A stretch of DNA of 64,000 nt from Aureliella sp. (GCA_963691875.1 OY829846.1:3008001-3072000); one strand, 5' to 3'; shown: positions 1 to 13,168, counted from the stretch's first letter. Notes: generated from the letters alone by a model not told the origin. A program made the numbers and translations.

Positions 1-2404
1 GCACTTCGGTGGAAAGCGCGCTGTCACGCTCGCTGAATCGCAGTGACTCCACCAAAGTATTGATGTTCACCTGCGAGGTTCCGCCAGACAAGGATGAAAT
101 CGCAGCATCTGCGATATCCAGGTCTTCTTCGGCGGCGGCCAGAATGGAGGCAGCCTGGATTCCCGCCGTGTCGTGTGTGTGAAAGTGAATCGGGATGCCA
201 ACTTCCTGCTTGAGCGCGCGGACGAGTTGCCTCGCAGCCTCAGGCTTCAGGAGGCCAGCCATGTCCTTGATCGCCAAGATATGAGCTCCCATCTTCTCCA
301 GCTGCTTAGCCAGATCGACGTAGTACTGCAAATTGTACTTCTGGCGGCCTGGATTGAGGATATCACCTGTGTAGCAAATCGATGCTTCGCATATCGCGCC
401 GCTATCAACGACGGCTTCCATCGCGATCTGCATATTTTCGATCCAGTTCAAGGCATCGAACACGCGGAAGACATCGACTCCAGCATCGGCCGCTTCCCGG
501 ACGAAGACTTTGACAACGTTGTCCGGATAGTTTGTATAGCCGACCGCATTGCTTGCTCGGAGCAACATCTGGAATAAAATGTTGGGTACTTTCTCACGCA
601 TCTGCGTCAGACGCAGCCAAGGACTTTCTTTCAGGAAACGCATCGATGTATCGAAAGTAGCTCCACCCCACATCTCCAGCGAGAAGAACTGACTAGCAGA
701 TCGCGAATAGGTCTCAGCGATCTGCAGCATGTCGTAGGTCCGCAGACGCGTCGCTAAAAGCGATTGGTGCGCGTCACGCATCGTCGTGTCGGTAAGCAGT
801 AGGCTCTTCTCGTTGCGAATCCAATCGCCAAACTTTTCTGGGCCGAGCTCTTTGAACCAATCGCGACTACCCTTCGGAAGCGGATCGGTGGCACTGACTT
901 CTGGGATCGGAGCGGGTTCGCGTCGCAATGCAACAGGGCGGTCCTTGACAAGTTCATTTCCGTTGACGAGGACATTGGCCAAGTAACGTAACAGTCGCGT
1001 GGCACGATCGCGGCGTGGTTGCAACTCAAACAAGTTTGGCGTGTCGTCGATCAGTCGAGTGGTTGCTTCGCCTCTCAGAAACTGATCGTTCTGAATCATC
1101 TGAGTTAAGAACGGAATATTGGTTTTCACGCCGCGGATTCGGAACTCCTGCAAACAGCGATCCATCCGAGAGGCTGCTTCTCGCAGGGTGCGCCCACGAG
1201 CCGAGACTTTCACCAGCATCGAATCGTAAAAGGGATTCACGACCGCGCCGCTAAAGGCACTGCCTGCATCCAAACGAATTCCCAAGCCGCCAGCGCTGCG
1301 GTAATGCGTGATACGTCCATAGTCGGGGCGGAATTGGTTCACAGGATCCTCCGTTGTGACACGGCATTGCATCGCAAAGCCAGTCACGGCGATGTCTTCC
1401 TGAGTGGGAAGTTGGACTTCAGCGTCACCCAGCTTGTGCCCCATGGAGACAAGTATCTGAGCGCGCACGAGGTCGATCCCCGTGACTTCTTCAGTGACCG
1501 TGTGCTCGACTTGAATCCGCGGATTGACTTCGATGAAGTAGAACTTGGATTCGTCTGTGTCGTACAAAAACTCAACCGTGCCCGCCGCGCGATAACCCAC
1601 TGCATTACCAATTTCCAAAGCAGCTTGATGTAGTTCGTCGGCGATTTTCGGGTCTAGATTGGGAGCCGGTGCAAGTTCGACAACTTTCTGATGTCGACGC
1701 TGTACCGAGCAATCGCGTTCGTGTAGGTGAATCAAATTGCCGTGCGAATCGCCGAGGAGCTGGACTTCCAAGTGACGAGCGCGTCGGACCAACTTTTCGA
1801 CGAAAACCTCATTGCTGCCGAACGCAGTCAAGGATTCGCGCTGGGCGGACTCTAGCGCGGGCCCAAGTTCGGCTTCGTTGTCCACCATCCGCATGCCGCG
1901 GCCGCCGCCGCCCTTGGCCGCTTTGAGCATCACAGGATACCCCATCTCGGCTGCCAGCTTTTTCGCTTCATCGAACCCGCTAACAGCTTCCGAGCTGCCA
2001 GGAAGAACAGGAACGCCGGCTTTCATCGCGATGTCTCGTGCCGAAACCTTGTCGCCCAATTGATTCAGTGCATCGATGCTCGGACCAACGAAGGTCACAC
2101 CTGCCTCTTCCAGAGCGGTGGCGAAGTGTGGGTTTTCCGATAAGAAACCGTACCCCGGATGCACTGCATCGACGTCGTAACGCTTACACAGTTCGACGAT
2201 CCCCGCAATATCGAGATACGAACGAATGGGCTCACCCGGCTTGCCGATTTGGTAGGACTCGTCGGCCTTGAATCGGTGCAATGCGAAGCGGTCTTCGTGC
2301 GAGTAGATCGCAACAGTTCGGATTCCGAGTTCGTGGGCGGAACGGCAAACGCGAGTAGCGATTTCGCTGCGGTTGGCGACGAGTAACTTGCGAATTGCAT
2401 TCAT
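1..2404 (-). CDS. pyc: Pyruvate carboxylase (3' part runs off the window; absent from ORF track)
   Basis: Manual translation from ATG at 2404: MNAIRKLLVANRSEIATRVCRSAHELGIRTVAIYSHEDRFALHRFKADESY; later HPGYGFLSE, TTMRDAHQSL and EMWGGATFD motifs of the biotin carboxylase and carboxyltransferase domains. Confidence 0.95.
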   Translation of the reverse strand, partial: MNAIRKLLVANRSEIATRVCRSAHELGIRTVAIYSHEDRFALHRFKADESYQIGKPGEPIRSYLDIAGIVELCKRYDVDAVHPGYGFLSENPHFATALEEAGVTFVGPSIDALNQLGDKVSARDIAMKAGVPVLPGSSEAVSGFDEAKKLAAEMGYPVMLKAAKGGGGRGMRMVDNEAELGPALESAQRESLTAFGSNEVFVEKLVRRARHLEVQLLGDSHGNLIHLHERDCSVQRRHQKVVELAPAPNLDPKIADELHQAALEIGNAVGYRAAGTVEFLYDTDESKFYFIEVNPRIQVEHTVTEEVTGIDLVRAQILVSMGHKLGDAEVQLPTQEDIAVTGFAMQCRVTTEDPVNQFRPDYGRITHYRSAGGLGIRLDAGSAFSGAVVNPFYDSMLVKVSARGRTLREAASRMDRCLQEFRIRGVKTNIPFLTQMIQNDQFLRGEATTRLIDDTPNLFELQPRRDRATRLLRYLANVLVNGNELVKDRPVALRREPAPIPEVSATDPLPKGSRDWFKELGPEKFGDWIRNEKSLLLTDTTMRDAHQSLLATRLRTYDMLQIAETYSRSASQFFSLEMWGGATFDTSMRFLKESPWLRLTQMREKVPNILFQMLLRASNAVGYTNYPDNVVKVFVREAADAGVDVFRVFDALNWIENMQIAMEAVVDSGAICEASICYTGDILNPGRQKYNLQYYVDLAKQLEKMGAHILAIKDMAGLLKPEAARQLVRALKQEVGIPIHFHTHDTAGIQAASILAAAEEDLDIADAAISSLSGGTSQVNINTLVESLRFSERDSALSTEV

Positions 2405-2653
2405 GCGAGCGACTTTCGATTCGTAGTCGAGGTTAGGGGCGGATTTGGGCGAGTGCTATCTGGATCTGGGCGATTTTGAATCGCCAATAAAGAGGCAGGG
2501 TCGACAAACGCGAGGCCAAGGTCAGGCCAGTTTAGAACTTGACCACTGGAATGGGTAGATACCTGAAAGGAGTCGGCCTTTCGAGGCTCGTATTGTGCCA
2601 ACACAAAATTACCAGAGCTAATAAATGAGCTCGCAGGCAGATGTCAGTGTCAT

Positions 2654-2740
2654 GTAGGCCGTAACGAGCGTAGCCCTGTCACCGCGGTGATCCGTTGATA
2701 TCTTGACGGTGCCGCAACAGCGCTGCGCTCATTACGGACT
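2654..2740. repeat. REP/REPIN-like imperfect inverted repeat pair
   Basis: GTAGGCCGTAACGAGCGTAGC (2654-2674) pairs with GCTGCGCTCATTACGGACT (2722-2740), 16/19 matches; begins with GTAG; intergenic. Confidence 0.55.
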
Positions 2741-2759
2741 GAGTTGGATCAGCGATACT

Positions 2760-4706
2760 CTAGCCGCGAATAATTTCGCGTTCCCGAAGAAGTTGCAACA
2801 CTTGTTCGACACATTCTTCGACAGACTTGTCCGCAGTGTTCAGCTTCAAGTCTGGCGACGCAGGAGTTTCGTATTCGGTTCCCGCGCCTGGCAACTTAGG
2901 TATTTTGCCTTGCTCGGCTTCCGCGTAATGTCCACGTGGATCGCGCTCCTGGCAAACTTCGAGCGGAGCCTCGCAATGTACAAGAATAAAACGTCCGTCG
3001 CCGATCAAACTCGCCGCTCGACTGCGAACTTCCTCGCCCGGTGCGATCAAAGCAGCTAAACACACGAAACCGTTTTCGTTTAGTAGTCGAGCCATCTGAG
3101 CACATCGGCGTAAGTTTTCAGATCGATCTTCCAAGGAGAATCCTAGGTCGCGACTCAAACCACGTCGCAGGTCCTCGCCGTCGAGGACGACTGACGTTCG
3201 GCCGAGATCAAAGAGCGCCCTTTCCACACCGCGCGCGATGGTGGTCTTTCCACTGCCGCTTAGGCCTGTCAGCAGCACCGTTGCTGGCTTCTGCCCAAAT
3301 CTGGCCTCGCGTTCTTCTGATGTGACGACTTGGATCGAATCATCCTGAGTCGAGCTGGCCGAATCGTCAATCTCCCAAGGAGCCAAGGCGTCCTTCGTCT
3401 CAGCTTCCCGAGCGGTGATCATTCCCGCAGCAACCGTTACGTTAGAAATGCGGTCCACGATGATAAACGCGCCCGTGGATCGATTTCGGCGGTAGGCATC
3501 AAAGTAGAGTGGTTGGCTCAAGGCAATGCGACAGCGACCGATCTCGTTTAACTGCAGGTCCGGCGCTGGCGAGCGGTGCATCGTATTGACATCCACGCGA
3601 TAACGCAGAGACTCGATCTGCCCCGCTGTGGTCTGTGTGGTTTGTTTGAAAAGATAAGTTTTTCCGGGCACCATTGCTTCGGGACTCATCCAAACTAGCA
3701 TCGCATCAATCGCATTGGACTGCTTCGGCACATTTCCAGGTCGGACAATCATGTCACCGCGGCTGCAGTCGATCTCATCCTCCAGAGTCAGTGTTACAGA
3801 CTGGGGCGTGAATGCCTCTTCGACTTCGCCCTCGTAGGTGACGATACTCTTTACCTTGCTCTTCTGCTTCGAAGGCAGAACCATGATCTCTTCGCCGACA
3901 CGGACAATGCCGGATGCGACGGTACCGCAAAAACCACGGAAGTCGAGGTTGGGCCGATTGACATACTGAACCGGAAATCGGAAGTCTTCGAAGTTGCGAT
4001 CCGACCCGATGTTGACGGTCTCCAGGAAGCTCATCAAAGTGCTTCCGTCGTACCAAGGCATGTTCTCGCTGCGATCGACGACATTATCTCCGTTGAGCGC
4101 TGAGAGTGGAATGAAGTGCAAATCAGGCAGATCCAAACGGTTCGAAAACGCCTTGTAGTCCGCACAGATCTCTTCAAAGCGGTCTTCGCTGAAGTCAACG
4201 AGGTCCATCTTGTTGACCGTCACCACCACATGCCGAATACCCAGCAGGGAGACCAGGAAACTGTGCCGCTTGGTCTGCGTGAGCACACCGTGCCGCGCGT
4301 CAATCAGAATCACAGCCAAGTCAGCCGTGGACGCACCTGTGGCCATGTTGCGAGTATATTCCTCGTGGCCGGGTGTATCGGCGATGATGAACTTACGCTT
4401 TGCAGTGGAGAAGTAACGGTAGGCAACATCGATCGTAATGCCTTGCTCACGTTCTGCCTTGAGTCCATCGGTCACGAGTGCGGGATCGAATCCTCCGCCC
4501 GTGGTGCCGTGTACTTTCGATTCATCTTCTAGTTGTGCCAGCTGGTCCTCGTAGAGCATCTTCGAGTCGAAAAGGAGCCGCCCAATCAGCGTACTCTTTC
4601 CGTCATCCACGCTGCCGCAAGTAATGAAACGCAAGAGCTCCTTGCGCTCATGCTGGGCCAAGTAGGCATCGATGTCCGTGGCAATTAGATCGCTTTGATG
4701 ACTCAT
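2760..4706 (-). CDS. cysNC: Bifunctional sulfate adenylyltransferase subunit 1 / APS kinase
   Basis: [18 protein letters not shown] GTPase motifs; C-terminal [10 protein letters not shown] kinase domain; adjacent to cysD. Confidence 0.95.
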   Translation of the reverse strand: MSHQSDLIATDIDAYLAQHERKELLRFITCGSVDDGKSTLIGRLLFDSKMLYEDQLAQLEDESKVHGTTGGGFDPALVTDGLKAEREQGITIDVAYRYFSTAKRKFIIADTPGHEEYTRNMATGASTADLAVILIDARHGVLTQTKRHSFLVSLLGIRHVVVTVNKMDLVDFSEDRFEEICADYKAFSNRLDLPDLHFIPLSALNGDNVVDRSENMPWYDGSTLMSFLETVNIGSDRNFEDFRFPVQYVNRPNLDFRGFCGTVASGIVRVGEEIMVLPSKQKSKVKSIVTYEGEVEEAFTPQSVTLTLEDEIDCSRGDMIVRPGNVPKQSNAIDAMLVWMSPEAMVPGKTYLFKQTTQTTAGQIESLRYRVDVNTMHRSPAPDLQLNEIGRCRIALSQPLYFDAYRRNRSTGAFIIVDRISNVTVAAGMITAREAETKDALAPWEIDDSASSTQDDSIQVVTSEEREARFGQKPATVLLTGLSGSGKTTIARGVERALFDLGRTSVVLDGEDLRRGLSRDLGFSLEDRSENLRRCAQMARLLNENGFVCLAALIAPGEEVRSRAASLIGDGRFILVHCEAPLEVCQERDPRGHYAEAEQGKIPKLPGAGTEYETPASPDLKLNTADKSVEECVEQVLQLLREREIIRG

Positions 4707-4781
4707 GCTTTTTTACTCGCAGTTGCTGCGAAATGATTCTGTTTGAGTGACTGACGCGTAGAGACGGAAAGGAGCTTGATG

Positions 4782-5693
4782 TTAGAAGTAACCTTCCATC
4801 TTTTTCTTTTCCATTCCGGCACCTCCTGCGTCACGGTCGATCACGCGACCTTGGCGTTCGCTGGTGCGGGCGAGCAACATCTCTTGGATAATCTCAGGCA
4901 GTGTGGCGGCCTTGGACTCGACGGCTCCAGTCAGCGGATAGCAGCCAAGTGTACGAAAGCGAACGAACCTCTTTTCCAGCTTCTCGCCCTCGCGGAGTTG
5001 CAAGCGGTCGTCGTCTTTCATGATCAGCGTTCCATCGCGGTCGACGACTTCGCGCTCGGCCGACAAGTAAAGCGGAACGATCGGGATCTTCTCCAGGTGG
5101 ATATACTGCCAAACGTCGAGCTCTGTCCAGTTGCTGAGTGGGAAGACTCGGATACTCTCGCCTTGATTCACTTTGGCGTTATAGAGATTCCAAAGTTCTG
5201 GTCGCTGGTTCTTGGGGTCCCAGCGATGGAACTTGTCCCGGAAGGAGAAAACGCGTTCTTTAGCGCGGGACTTTTCTTCGTCACGACGAGCACCACCAAA
5301 GGCCGCGTCGAAACCGTACTTATTGAGCGCCATCTTGAGCGAGTCAGTCTTCATGACTTCAGTGTGCTTGTCGCTGTTCTCAGAAGGATCGATACCTAGC
5401 TTTTTGCCTTCTTCGTTGATGTGGACGTGCAAATCGAGGCCGAGTTCTTCACGAGCGTAGTTCTCGCGAAACTCAATCATCTCACGAAACTTCCAAGTCG
5501 TATCGACGTGCAAGAACGGAAACGGCGGCTTGTCAGGATAGAAAGCCTTGAGTGCCAAGTGAGTCATGACCGACGAGTCCTTGCCGATCGAATAAAGCAT
5601 GACCGGATTCGTGAATTCTGCCGCGACTTCACGAATGATATGAATACTCTCTGCCTCAAGAAGCTTCAGGTGCGTGAGCGAATAGGCGGACAT
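4782..5693 (-). CDS. cysD: Sulfate adenylyltransferase subunit 2
   Basis: [40 protein letters not shown]. Confidence 0.97.
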   Translation of the reverse strand: MSAYSLTHLKLLEAESIHIIREVAAEFTNPVMLYSIGKDSSVMTHLALKAFYPDKPPFPFLHVDTTWKFREMIEFRENYAREELGLDLHVHINEEGKKLGIDPSENSDKHTEVMKTDSLKMALNKYGFDAAFGGARRDEEKSRAKERVFSFRDKFHRWDPKNQRPELWNLYNAKVNQGESIRVFPLSNWTELDVWQYIHLEKIPIVPLYLSAEREVVDRDGTLIMKDDDRLQLREGEKLEKRFVRFRTLGCYPLTGAVESKAATLPEIIQEMLLARTSERQGRVIDRDAGGAGMEKKKMEGYF

Positions 5694-5864
5694 AGAATGA
5701 CTTTGTCAGGTGAAGTTTTCGTGTTCGGTTGTTGATGTTTGCCTTTGAATCTCGCGACTAAGGCACAACCCGACGCTTGCGTGCGTCTCGCCTGCTTTCA
5801 GAACCGCAAGAGCACTACGCTCGTAGCTGCACACGTTGAACGCGATTTGCTAGCGTTACAATTG

Positions 5865-6551
5865 CTAGCTAGAACGCTTGCGGTCGATCTGCAGGATGAC
5901 TGACTCCGATTCGGTACCAGGCATAGGGTAGCTATCGACTATTCGGAGTTCTAAGTTTGCTAACAAACCGCGATGTCTTGCTTCGGCTCGTTCTTCGACC
6001 CATCGTGGACCTTTGATTGCAAGCAATCGATCGAAGCTTAGCCAATGGTCCTCAAGCCAGCCGAGCAATTTCGCGATACTTCCAACAGCGCGAGTTACCA
6101 AGCTGTGATATCGCATGTCGTCAACAACTAACTGTACTCTGCTGCTATAGACAGCAATGGGTAAGTCGAGTCGCTTGACGATATCTTGAACAACTCTGAT
6201 TTTCTTTTCTACGCTGTCGCAGACGCTCATTTCTAGATCGGGCCGTAATATTGCCAGCAAAAGGCCGGGGACTCCGCCGCCTGTGCCGACATCGAGCACT
6301 TCTTCGTTCTGCTCTAGCTGTTTTGCCAATCGCCAGCTATCGAGCAAGTCGCGTCGGGCGAACAAGTCGTAGTTAGTGTGTCGCGTAAGGTTGATCTTCT
6401 CGTTCCACTCCCAGAGAGTGGAGCAGTAAGTTTCAAGCTGAGTCAATTGCTCGGGCGGTACCTCGAGCTCGAGGCGATCGAGCGCTTCCTGCAAAGTCTG
6501 GCTTGGGTTCATTTCAGTTTCTTGCATCGAATTCACTTGGTTTGGTTCCAT
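5865..6551 (-). CDS. rsmG: 16S rRNA m7G527 methyltransferase
   Basis: WNEKINLT, LDVGTGGGVPG, VTRAV, IKG motifs. Confidence 0.9.
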   Translation of the reverse strand: MEPNQVNSMQETEMNPSQTLQEALDRLELEVPPEQLTQLETYCSTLWEWNEKINLTRHTNYDLFARRDLLDSWRLAKQLEQNEEVLDVGTGGGVPGLLLAILRPDLEMSVCDSVEKKIRVVQDIVKRLDLPIAVYSSRVQLVVDDMRYHSLVTRAVGSIAKLLGWLEDHWLSFDRLLAIKGPRWVEERAEARHRGLLANLELRIVDSYPMPGTESESVILQIDRKRSS

Positions 6552-6605
6552 CGTGGAGGTCGCCAGAAATCGCGGATGAAACCAGCGAATCCTACTACGC
6601 TCGCT

Positions 6606-7292
6606 TTAGCTGCCCAATAGCCACTTTCGGACAGCTTGCGTGTTGCTCAGGTCCTGCAGCACGTGGTCGGCGCCGGCCTCAGCCAATTCCATTTCCGAAA
6701 AGCCCCCCGTGCACACTGCCAGACTTCGGAGCCTCATGCGTTGCGCCAACTCGATATCGAGTGGTGTGTCCCCAATGACCACTCCGTCGAACTCGTCTCG
6801 CTTCAATTTTGATTGAATGATATTCCGGGCGGGCTCCGCAAGATTTGGACGTTGAGCCGCCAAGTCACCGTAGATTCCGAACTCGAAGTAGTCCCACAGC
6901 CCGTAATGCCGCATTTTGATCTCAGCGGATTCTGGCATGTTGCCGGTCATCAGGGCAAGATGACAGCCTTCAATGTCTTGAAGGGCCTTAAGTAGCCGTT
7001 CCACTCCAGGAAGTAGCCGACCTTGGCGTTGCTCCAACTCGGCGGGCAGGAGCCGATAATAGTGCTGGCAGAGTCTCGCGCGATTTTGATCGCTGGGTTC
7101 GATTCCCTGACTTTCGAGCAGTTCTGTCGTGATTCCCAAGTCCGTTCGCCCGTGGAGAGGGACTTGGTCAGCTGAATCAAGGCCGAACTCGGCCACCAAA
7201 GCGTTCAACAACGCTCCCCCTCCAGCCCCACCGGAATTGGCGAGCGTCCCATCGATATCAAATAGCAAGACGTTGGGTTTTGAGTCGAGCAT
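6606..7292 (-). CDS. HAD-superfamily hydrolase
   Basis: FDIDGTL, MTGN, VIGDTPLD motifs. Confidence 0.9.
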   Translation of the reverse strand: MLDSKPNVLLFDIDGTLANSGGAGGGALLNALVAEFGLDSADQVPLHGRTDLGITTELLESQGIEPSDQNRARLCQHYYRLLPAELEQRQGRLLPGVERLLKALQDIEGCHLALMTGNMPESAEIKMRHYGLWDYFEFGIYGDLAAQRPNLAEPARNIIQSKLKRDEFDGVVIGDTPLDIELAQRMRLRSLAVCTGGFSEMELAEAGADHVLQDLSNTQAVRKWLLGS

Positions 7293-7566
7293 CTAGGCTG
7301 TTATTAACTCTCTGAATTTAAAATCCTGCCGTGAGCCATTACGTTTTATTCCTTTTAGCGATCTTATCTAGTCAACAAAGTCATTTTCTTGCTTCGGGCG
7401 AGCACCATACGCCATTAGGCTTGGCGGTAACGGAGAGTCCCCAAACGCCCAAGAAGCTCGGGATATTTTTAACGAATGCTAAGACTGGGGGAGCGGTCGT
7501 TGACTTGGAAAAGATTTCCTAAAGACTTCCGCGGGGGCAAATCTTCTCGTTTTGGTAACACGCGAT

Positions 7567-7582
7567 TGGCACAGCCTTTGCT
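7567..7582 (+). promoter_or_regulatory. Putative sigma54 (-24/-12) promoter for groES-groEL
   Basis: TGGCAC-AGCCT-TTGCT matches the TGGCAC-N5-TTGCW consensus exactly, ~305 nt upstream of groES. Confidence 0.65.
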
Positions 7583-7886
7583 ACTCATCACGAACCATCG
7601 TAAGGCGTGCCTTTTTGACCGGCTCACGGTCTAGCCGCAGGTCGCTTTGGCAGGCTCCTGTCCGCGATGGTTAAGGGTGTCGCGACGTCGGCATGCGGCC
7701 TTTTCGATGACACGTAGACAATGCGTGCCCCACGGCCAGAGAGAACTGTAGAGCGATTTGCAGTTTCCCTCTTCCGAGGAATCAATACAGTTTTGCAGAC
7801 AAATCCTGCATGGGATAAACCACCGTCAGTCTTGAAGACTGTCGAAATTGAATAGAACCTACCCTGAATCCAGAGGAGTGCCGCTC

Positions 7887-8204
7887 ATGGCGACGGCTAC
7901 AAAGAAAAAGGCGAAAGTCAATCTCCAGCCACTCGGCGATCGCATCGTAGTGGAACGTGATCAAGGCAACGAAAAGACCGAAGGCGGTATCTACTTGCCA
8001 GACAGCGCCAAGGACAAGCCAACTCGTGGCACGATCGTAGCCGTCGGCGACGGAAAGCTGCTCGAAGATGGCAGTCGCTCCGAATTGCAAGTCAAAGTTG
8101 GCGACCAAGTTCTCTTCACCAGCTACGCTGGCGAGAACATCGAAATTGGTGACGTCGAGTACTTGCTGATGAGCGAAGGTGACGTTCTGGCTGTCATTGA
8201 GTAA
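7887..8204 (+). CDS. groES: Co-chaperonin GroES
   Basis: [38 protein letters not shown] before ATG 7887. Confidence 0.97.
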   Translation: MATATKKKAKVNLQPLGDRIVVERDQGNEKTEGGIYLPDSAKDKPTRGTIVAVGDGKLLEDGSRSELQVKVGDQVLFTSYAGENIEIGDVEYLLMSEGDVLAVIE

Positions 8205-8223
8205 TTCTGCCCGCTCTTCCTGA

Positions 8224-9879
<1,656 letters not shown>

Positions 9880-9920
9880 GCGATCCATCGCAGTTAGACA
9901 TCTCGAACAAGCAAATTCCA

Positions 9921-9956
9921 AAAAGCGGCGAGCTACCAAAACTCGCCGCTTTTTTT
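9921..9956 (+). terminator. Rho-independent terminator after groEL (possibly bidirectional)
   Basis: AAAAGCGGCGAG-loop-CTCGCCGCTTTTTTT. Confidence 0.85.
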
Positions 9957-10162
9957 GCGCGCTGTTTTTTGCGCGCTTTGTCAGTATGTGTCGATATATC
10001 AGGCTTTAGCTTACACGCCTTAAACCCGATTCCTCTCGTCCGCCGACTCCTTCTTGTAAACTCTCGTCGGTAACAAACGAAATACGAAGACTTCTTATTT
10101 AGTCGAACCGTTCAACTCGCGCACCCAACGGTGTTGCTCTTGCTGCAGCTTCCCATCAACAC

Positions 10163-12223
10163 CTAGGGACGGCTGCCCAGTTTACTTCTCCACGCACTCA
10201 CTGAACGATTCCTCCTAGCAGCAGGCCAGTTCGGGTCAAAAGCTGGCCCCTTCGGATAAGCTTGCCAAAGGAACAGATGTGCGATACCACGCATGGAACT
10301 GCTGTTTGATTCCAGTGCGTTGAGCAGCATTTCGACCTGATTGCGTTGGTAATGCTCCTTATTGCGAACGCGACGAGCCAAGTCTCTGAAGTTGGGTGCG
10401 ATGCGTTGGTTCGGCGCCATTTGTTCTAGAGCTTGCCAAGTAGCACGATATCGCGGATCCCACTCCTCTAGGGAAACCAGTCGATTCCAGGCTGCAACAC
10501 GAAGAAATGGACGCTTGCTCGATGTGAGCCGCAAGAACTGTGAGCCCGCAAGGGAGACTTGCATTCGAGCGAGTGCAGCATAGACAGGTTGGTCTCTTTT
10601 GCTAATTGGTGAATCAAGAGAGGCGAACTTTCGAGCAATGGCTTGCATGATGTCCTGCTCGTCACCGATCATTTCTTTTACTCGCGTCGGCAACATGCCT
10701 TGAGAGCTATTAATCCAGCGTGGCAGTGTGCGCGAGTGATCCAAGGGAACAAGCTGTCCGTTGCGAGCGATGGCGAAAGATTCTGCGTTGAATGATTGGC
10801 CTCGAATGGCCAAGCTTCCTTGGCTTACCTGGATTCGCATTCCGTCCTTGGCGTAGTCGACTACCAACGAAGACCCTGGGTCAACTTTAAGCATGCCAAC
10901 GGTCCGCCCCAGCCCTCGCAGTTCAATAAGACTAGTCTTATTGAGGTTCATCAAAGCCACCGCTCCGTATTCGAGCTCCAACTGCGAGACTTCGGGTGCC
11001 AAGACGGAGGTGCTAAGTTTGACTCCAGAGTCAGGGCCGAGCACAAGACGAGCTGGCTTTGCGGTCGCTTCATTTGATTCCTTCGCAGCCGGCAAAAAGA
11101 CTGCTTGCGCCCTAGACTGCGGGAGTGTTCGAACGGTGATCGCCCCAAAATCCTCATTCGACCAAACAGGTGAATCCACTTGGATGCGTTGCCAGTTCGA
11201 AGAACGTGTGCTGGCTGAATCCGGAACCGAGTTCGCTCCCACCTTAGCACGCCGTGTTAAGAACCCGTCAATCTGTCTCCACTTCAGGCCTGCGATGAAA
11301 GTGCTCGGCTTGACCGGTGAGCCGTTTGCTGGCTTGACAGAACCTGGATTCGGCTTATCCGGTGCAGTGCCAGGTTCCAGCCCCGACTTATTCTCAACGA
11401 TAGCAGTTTCCGGTGTTAGATCGCTTGGAGTCGCCTCTGTCTCCGGTTGCGAACCATTGTCCTCCACTAGTATTGGCTGCGAGTCGGGAGTCCCAGATTC
11501 TTCTTCAGGATCTGGAGTGTCGCTAGCAAGCTCCGGTGCTTCAATGCGATCTTCCCCTCGGATTGGATCCTTATCGACAACAGTCTCATCTCCTTCTTGC
11601 CAAATCTGAAAACCAATAATTCCAACTGCAAGCAAAACGGCAGCAGCAGCAGCCAGCGCAAGCCAAGCCCCAGTTTTACCGGCGACCTGCTTTTGGTTCG
11701 GAGGCAGCGCGAGCTTGGTATCCAATTCCTGCTCCAGCTCCTCCTCATCGAACCTTGCCGTGGATCTTGGTAGCATTGAGTTCGCTTCAGCTCGCTGAGC
11801 AACGCTTGCGGCCGCCTGTTGGTTTGCGAACACAGCGGCTAAGTTTTTAGTCAGTGCAGGAGAAAGTGGTTTGGAAGGTTGCATCTGAGAAGCTCGCACA
11901 GATGCGATAATCTCAGCAAGTAAGCTATTGTCTGTCTTCAGTGCATTGCAAACCTTCTCGTTCCCAGAATCATCCAGCTCGCCATCGACGAAAGCGGCGA
12001 CTTGCCAGACCGGCAGGACCCCTTGAAACTCGCCACTTCCTGCGTTTTCGCGAATCTGCAACGCAACACGTGGCACTATCTCGCCGATCGGACTGGGCTG
12101 TCCATTCTCGGCAAGATCTGCTGCGAGCTCTTGCTGGATGCACTGGAGAATAGATTCGCGATTCACGGTTCTAATATGGCTTAGTGGTTTGGGCTTATTG
12201 TGCTTAAGAAACGTACTGTGCAT
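10163..12223 (-). CDS. Putative membrane anti-sigma factor / hypothetical protein
   Basis: Directly downstream of an ECF sigma; AAFVDGEL anti-sigma-like segment, one TM helix, acidic linker, beta-rich region. Confidence 0.6.
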   Translation of the reverse strand: MHSTFLKHNKPKPLSHIRTVNRESILQCIQQELAADLAENGQPSPIGEIVPRVALQIRENAGSGEFQGVLPVWQVAAFVDGELDDSGNEKVCNALKTDNSLLAEIIASVRASQMQPSKPLSPALTKNLAAVFANQQAAASVAQRAEANSMLPRSTARFDEEELEQELDTKLALPPNQKQVAGKTGAWLALAAAAAVLLAVGIIGFQIWQEGDETVVDKDPIRGEDRIEAPELASDTPDPEEESGTPDSQPILVEDNGSQPETEATPSDLTPETAIVENKSGLEPGTAPDKPNPGSVKPANGSPVKPSTFIAGLKWRQIDGFLTRRAKVGANSVPDSASTRSSNWQRIQVDSPVWSNEDFGAITVRTLPQSRAQAVFLPAAKESNEATAKPARLVLGPDSGVKLSTSVLAPEVSQLELEYGAVALMNLNKTSLIELRGLGRTVGMLKVDPGSSLVVDYAKDGMRIQVSQGSLAIRGQSFNAESFAIARNGQLVPLDHSRTLPRWINSSQGMLPTRVKEMIGDEQDIMQAIARKFASLDSPISKRDQPVYAALARMQVSLAGSQFLRLTSSKRPFLRVAAWNRLVSLEEWDPRYRATWQALEQMAPNQRIAPNFRDLARRVRNKEHYQRNQVEMLLNALESNSSSMRGIAHLFLWQAYPKGPAFDPNWPAARRNRSVSAWRSKLGSRP

Positions 12224-12244
12224 CAGCGATGCACGGGCTACGGG

Positions 12245-12895
12245 CTAATCGGGCTCCAGCAGTTCTCTCAACTTGGCTTCCGCTCGCTTCAGTGTCACAC
12301 CGACGGATCCCATCGGAATGCCAAGTCTTTGACTGATTTCTGCATAGCTTTGTTCTTGCAAGTAAAACAATTCGACGATCTTGCGTTGCTTCTCTGGCAA
12401 GTCCTTCAATTCCTGCCGGATTTGCGATTTTTGCTCATCAGCCAAGACTCGATGGCTTGGATCAGCCTGTCTGGCTTCCGAGTGTGCTAGCTCCTGAAAT
12501 TCTTGCTGTTGGTCACTGGCCAGCAGGTTGCGTTTCGCCGCGTACGTCCGAGTCGCACAACGCGTAGAAATCACGGCCAAGTAGGTTGTTAAGGAGCTGC
12601 GTCCCTCGAAAGCACGCAATGCTGCGTTCTCATTTTTAAGCAGTGCAGCAAACACTTCGGCCGTTGCATCATCGATACCGCTAGAGTCATGGCCGCTTCC
12701 GAAAGAACGAGCGACATCGGCGACCCGAGCCCGAATCAATCTTCCGAACTGCTGGACAAATACTTGCCAAGCATTGCCATCGCCTTCGATCAGTCGTGTC
12801 ACTAGAGCACGATCCTGAGCGTACGCTGCACGATGCGACGCGAATACTGAGTCTCTCGTCTGCGATGGCTCGGACTGGGATTCGGCATGCGGCAC
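12245..12895 (-). CDS. ECF RNA polymerase sigma factor
   Basis: Region 2 (FEGRSSLTTYL) and region 4 (SYAEISQRLGIPMGSVGVTLKRA). Confidence 0.9.
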   Translation of the reverse strand: MPHAESQSEPSQTRDSVFASHRAAYAQDRALVTRLIEGDGNAWQVFVQQFGRLIRARVADVARSFGSGHDSSGIDDATAEVFAALLKNENAALRAFEGRSSLTTYLAVISTRCATRTYAAKRNLLASDQQQEFQELAHSEARQADPSHRVLADEQKSQIRQELKDLPEKQRKIVELFYLQEQSYAEISQRLGIPMGSVGVTLKRAEAKLRELLEPD

Positions 12896-13168
12896 AAGAA
12901 ATGACTCAAACGAACAACTTTATCAGGCGGTAATCCGGTCGCAGGTCTCGAAGCGACTATTCTATTGTCTCCCCACGCCTCGACCCAACCGAATGAATTC
13001 TAGCACATTTCAAAAAAGGACCGCACAAGTACCCTCCCGAGAACCCTATCTTGCATCGTGTATTAACTTGTTACTCACGGTCCTTTTTCCTCAGAAAGCA
13101 GACACAAGCAGCTAGAGGCAAATTGCCTCCCGCTGCTCGTGTGAGGTATTGAGTTGTTCTGCCGATTC

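Noticed and set aside
173..2400. Many short ORFs in the track
   Set aside because: Shadow ORFs of pyc, which the track missed because it runs off the window
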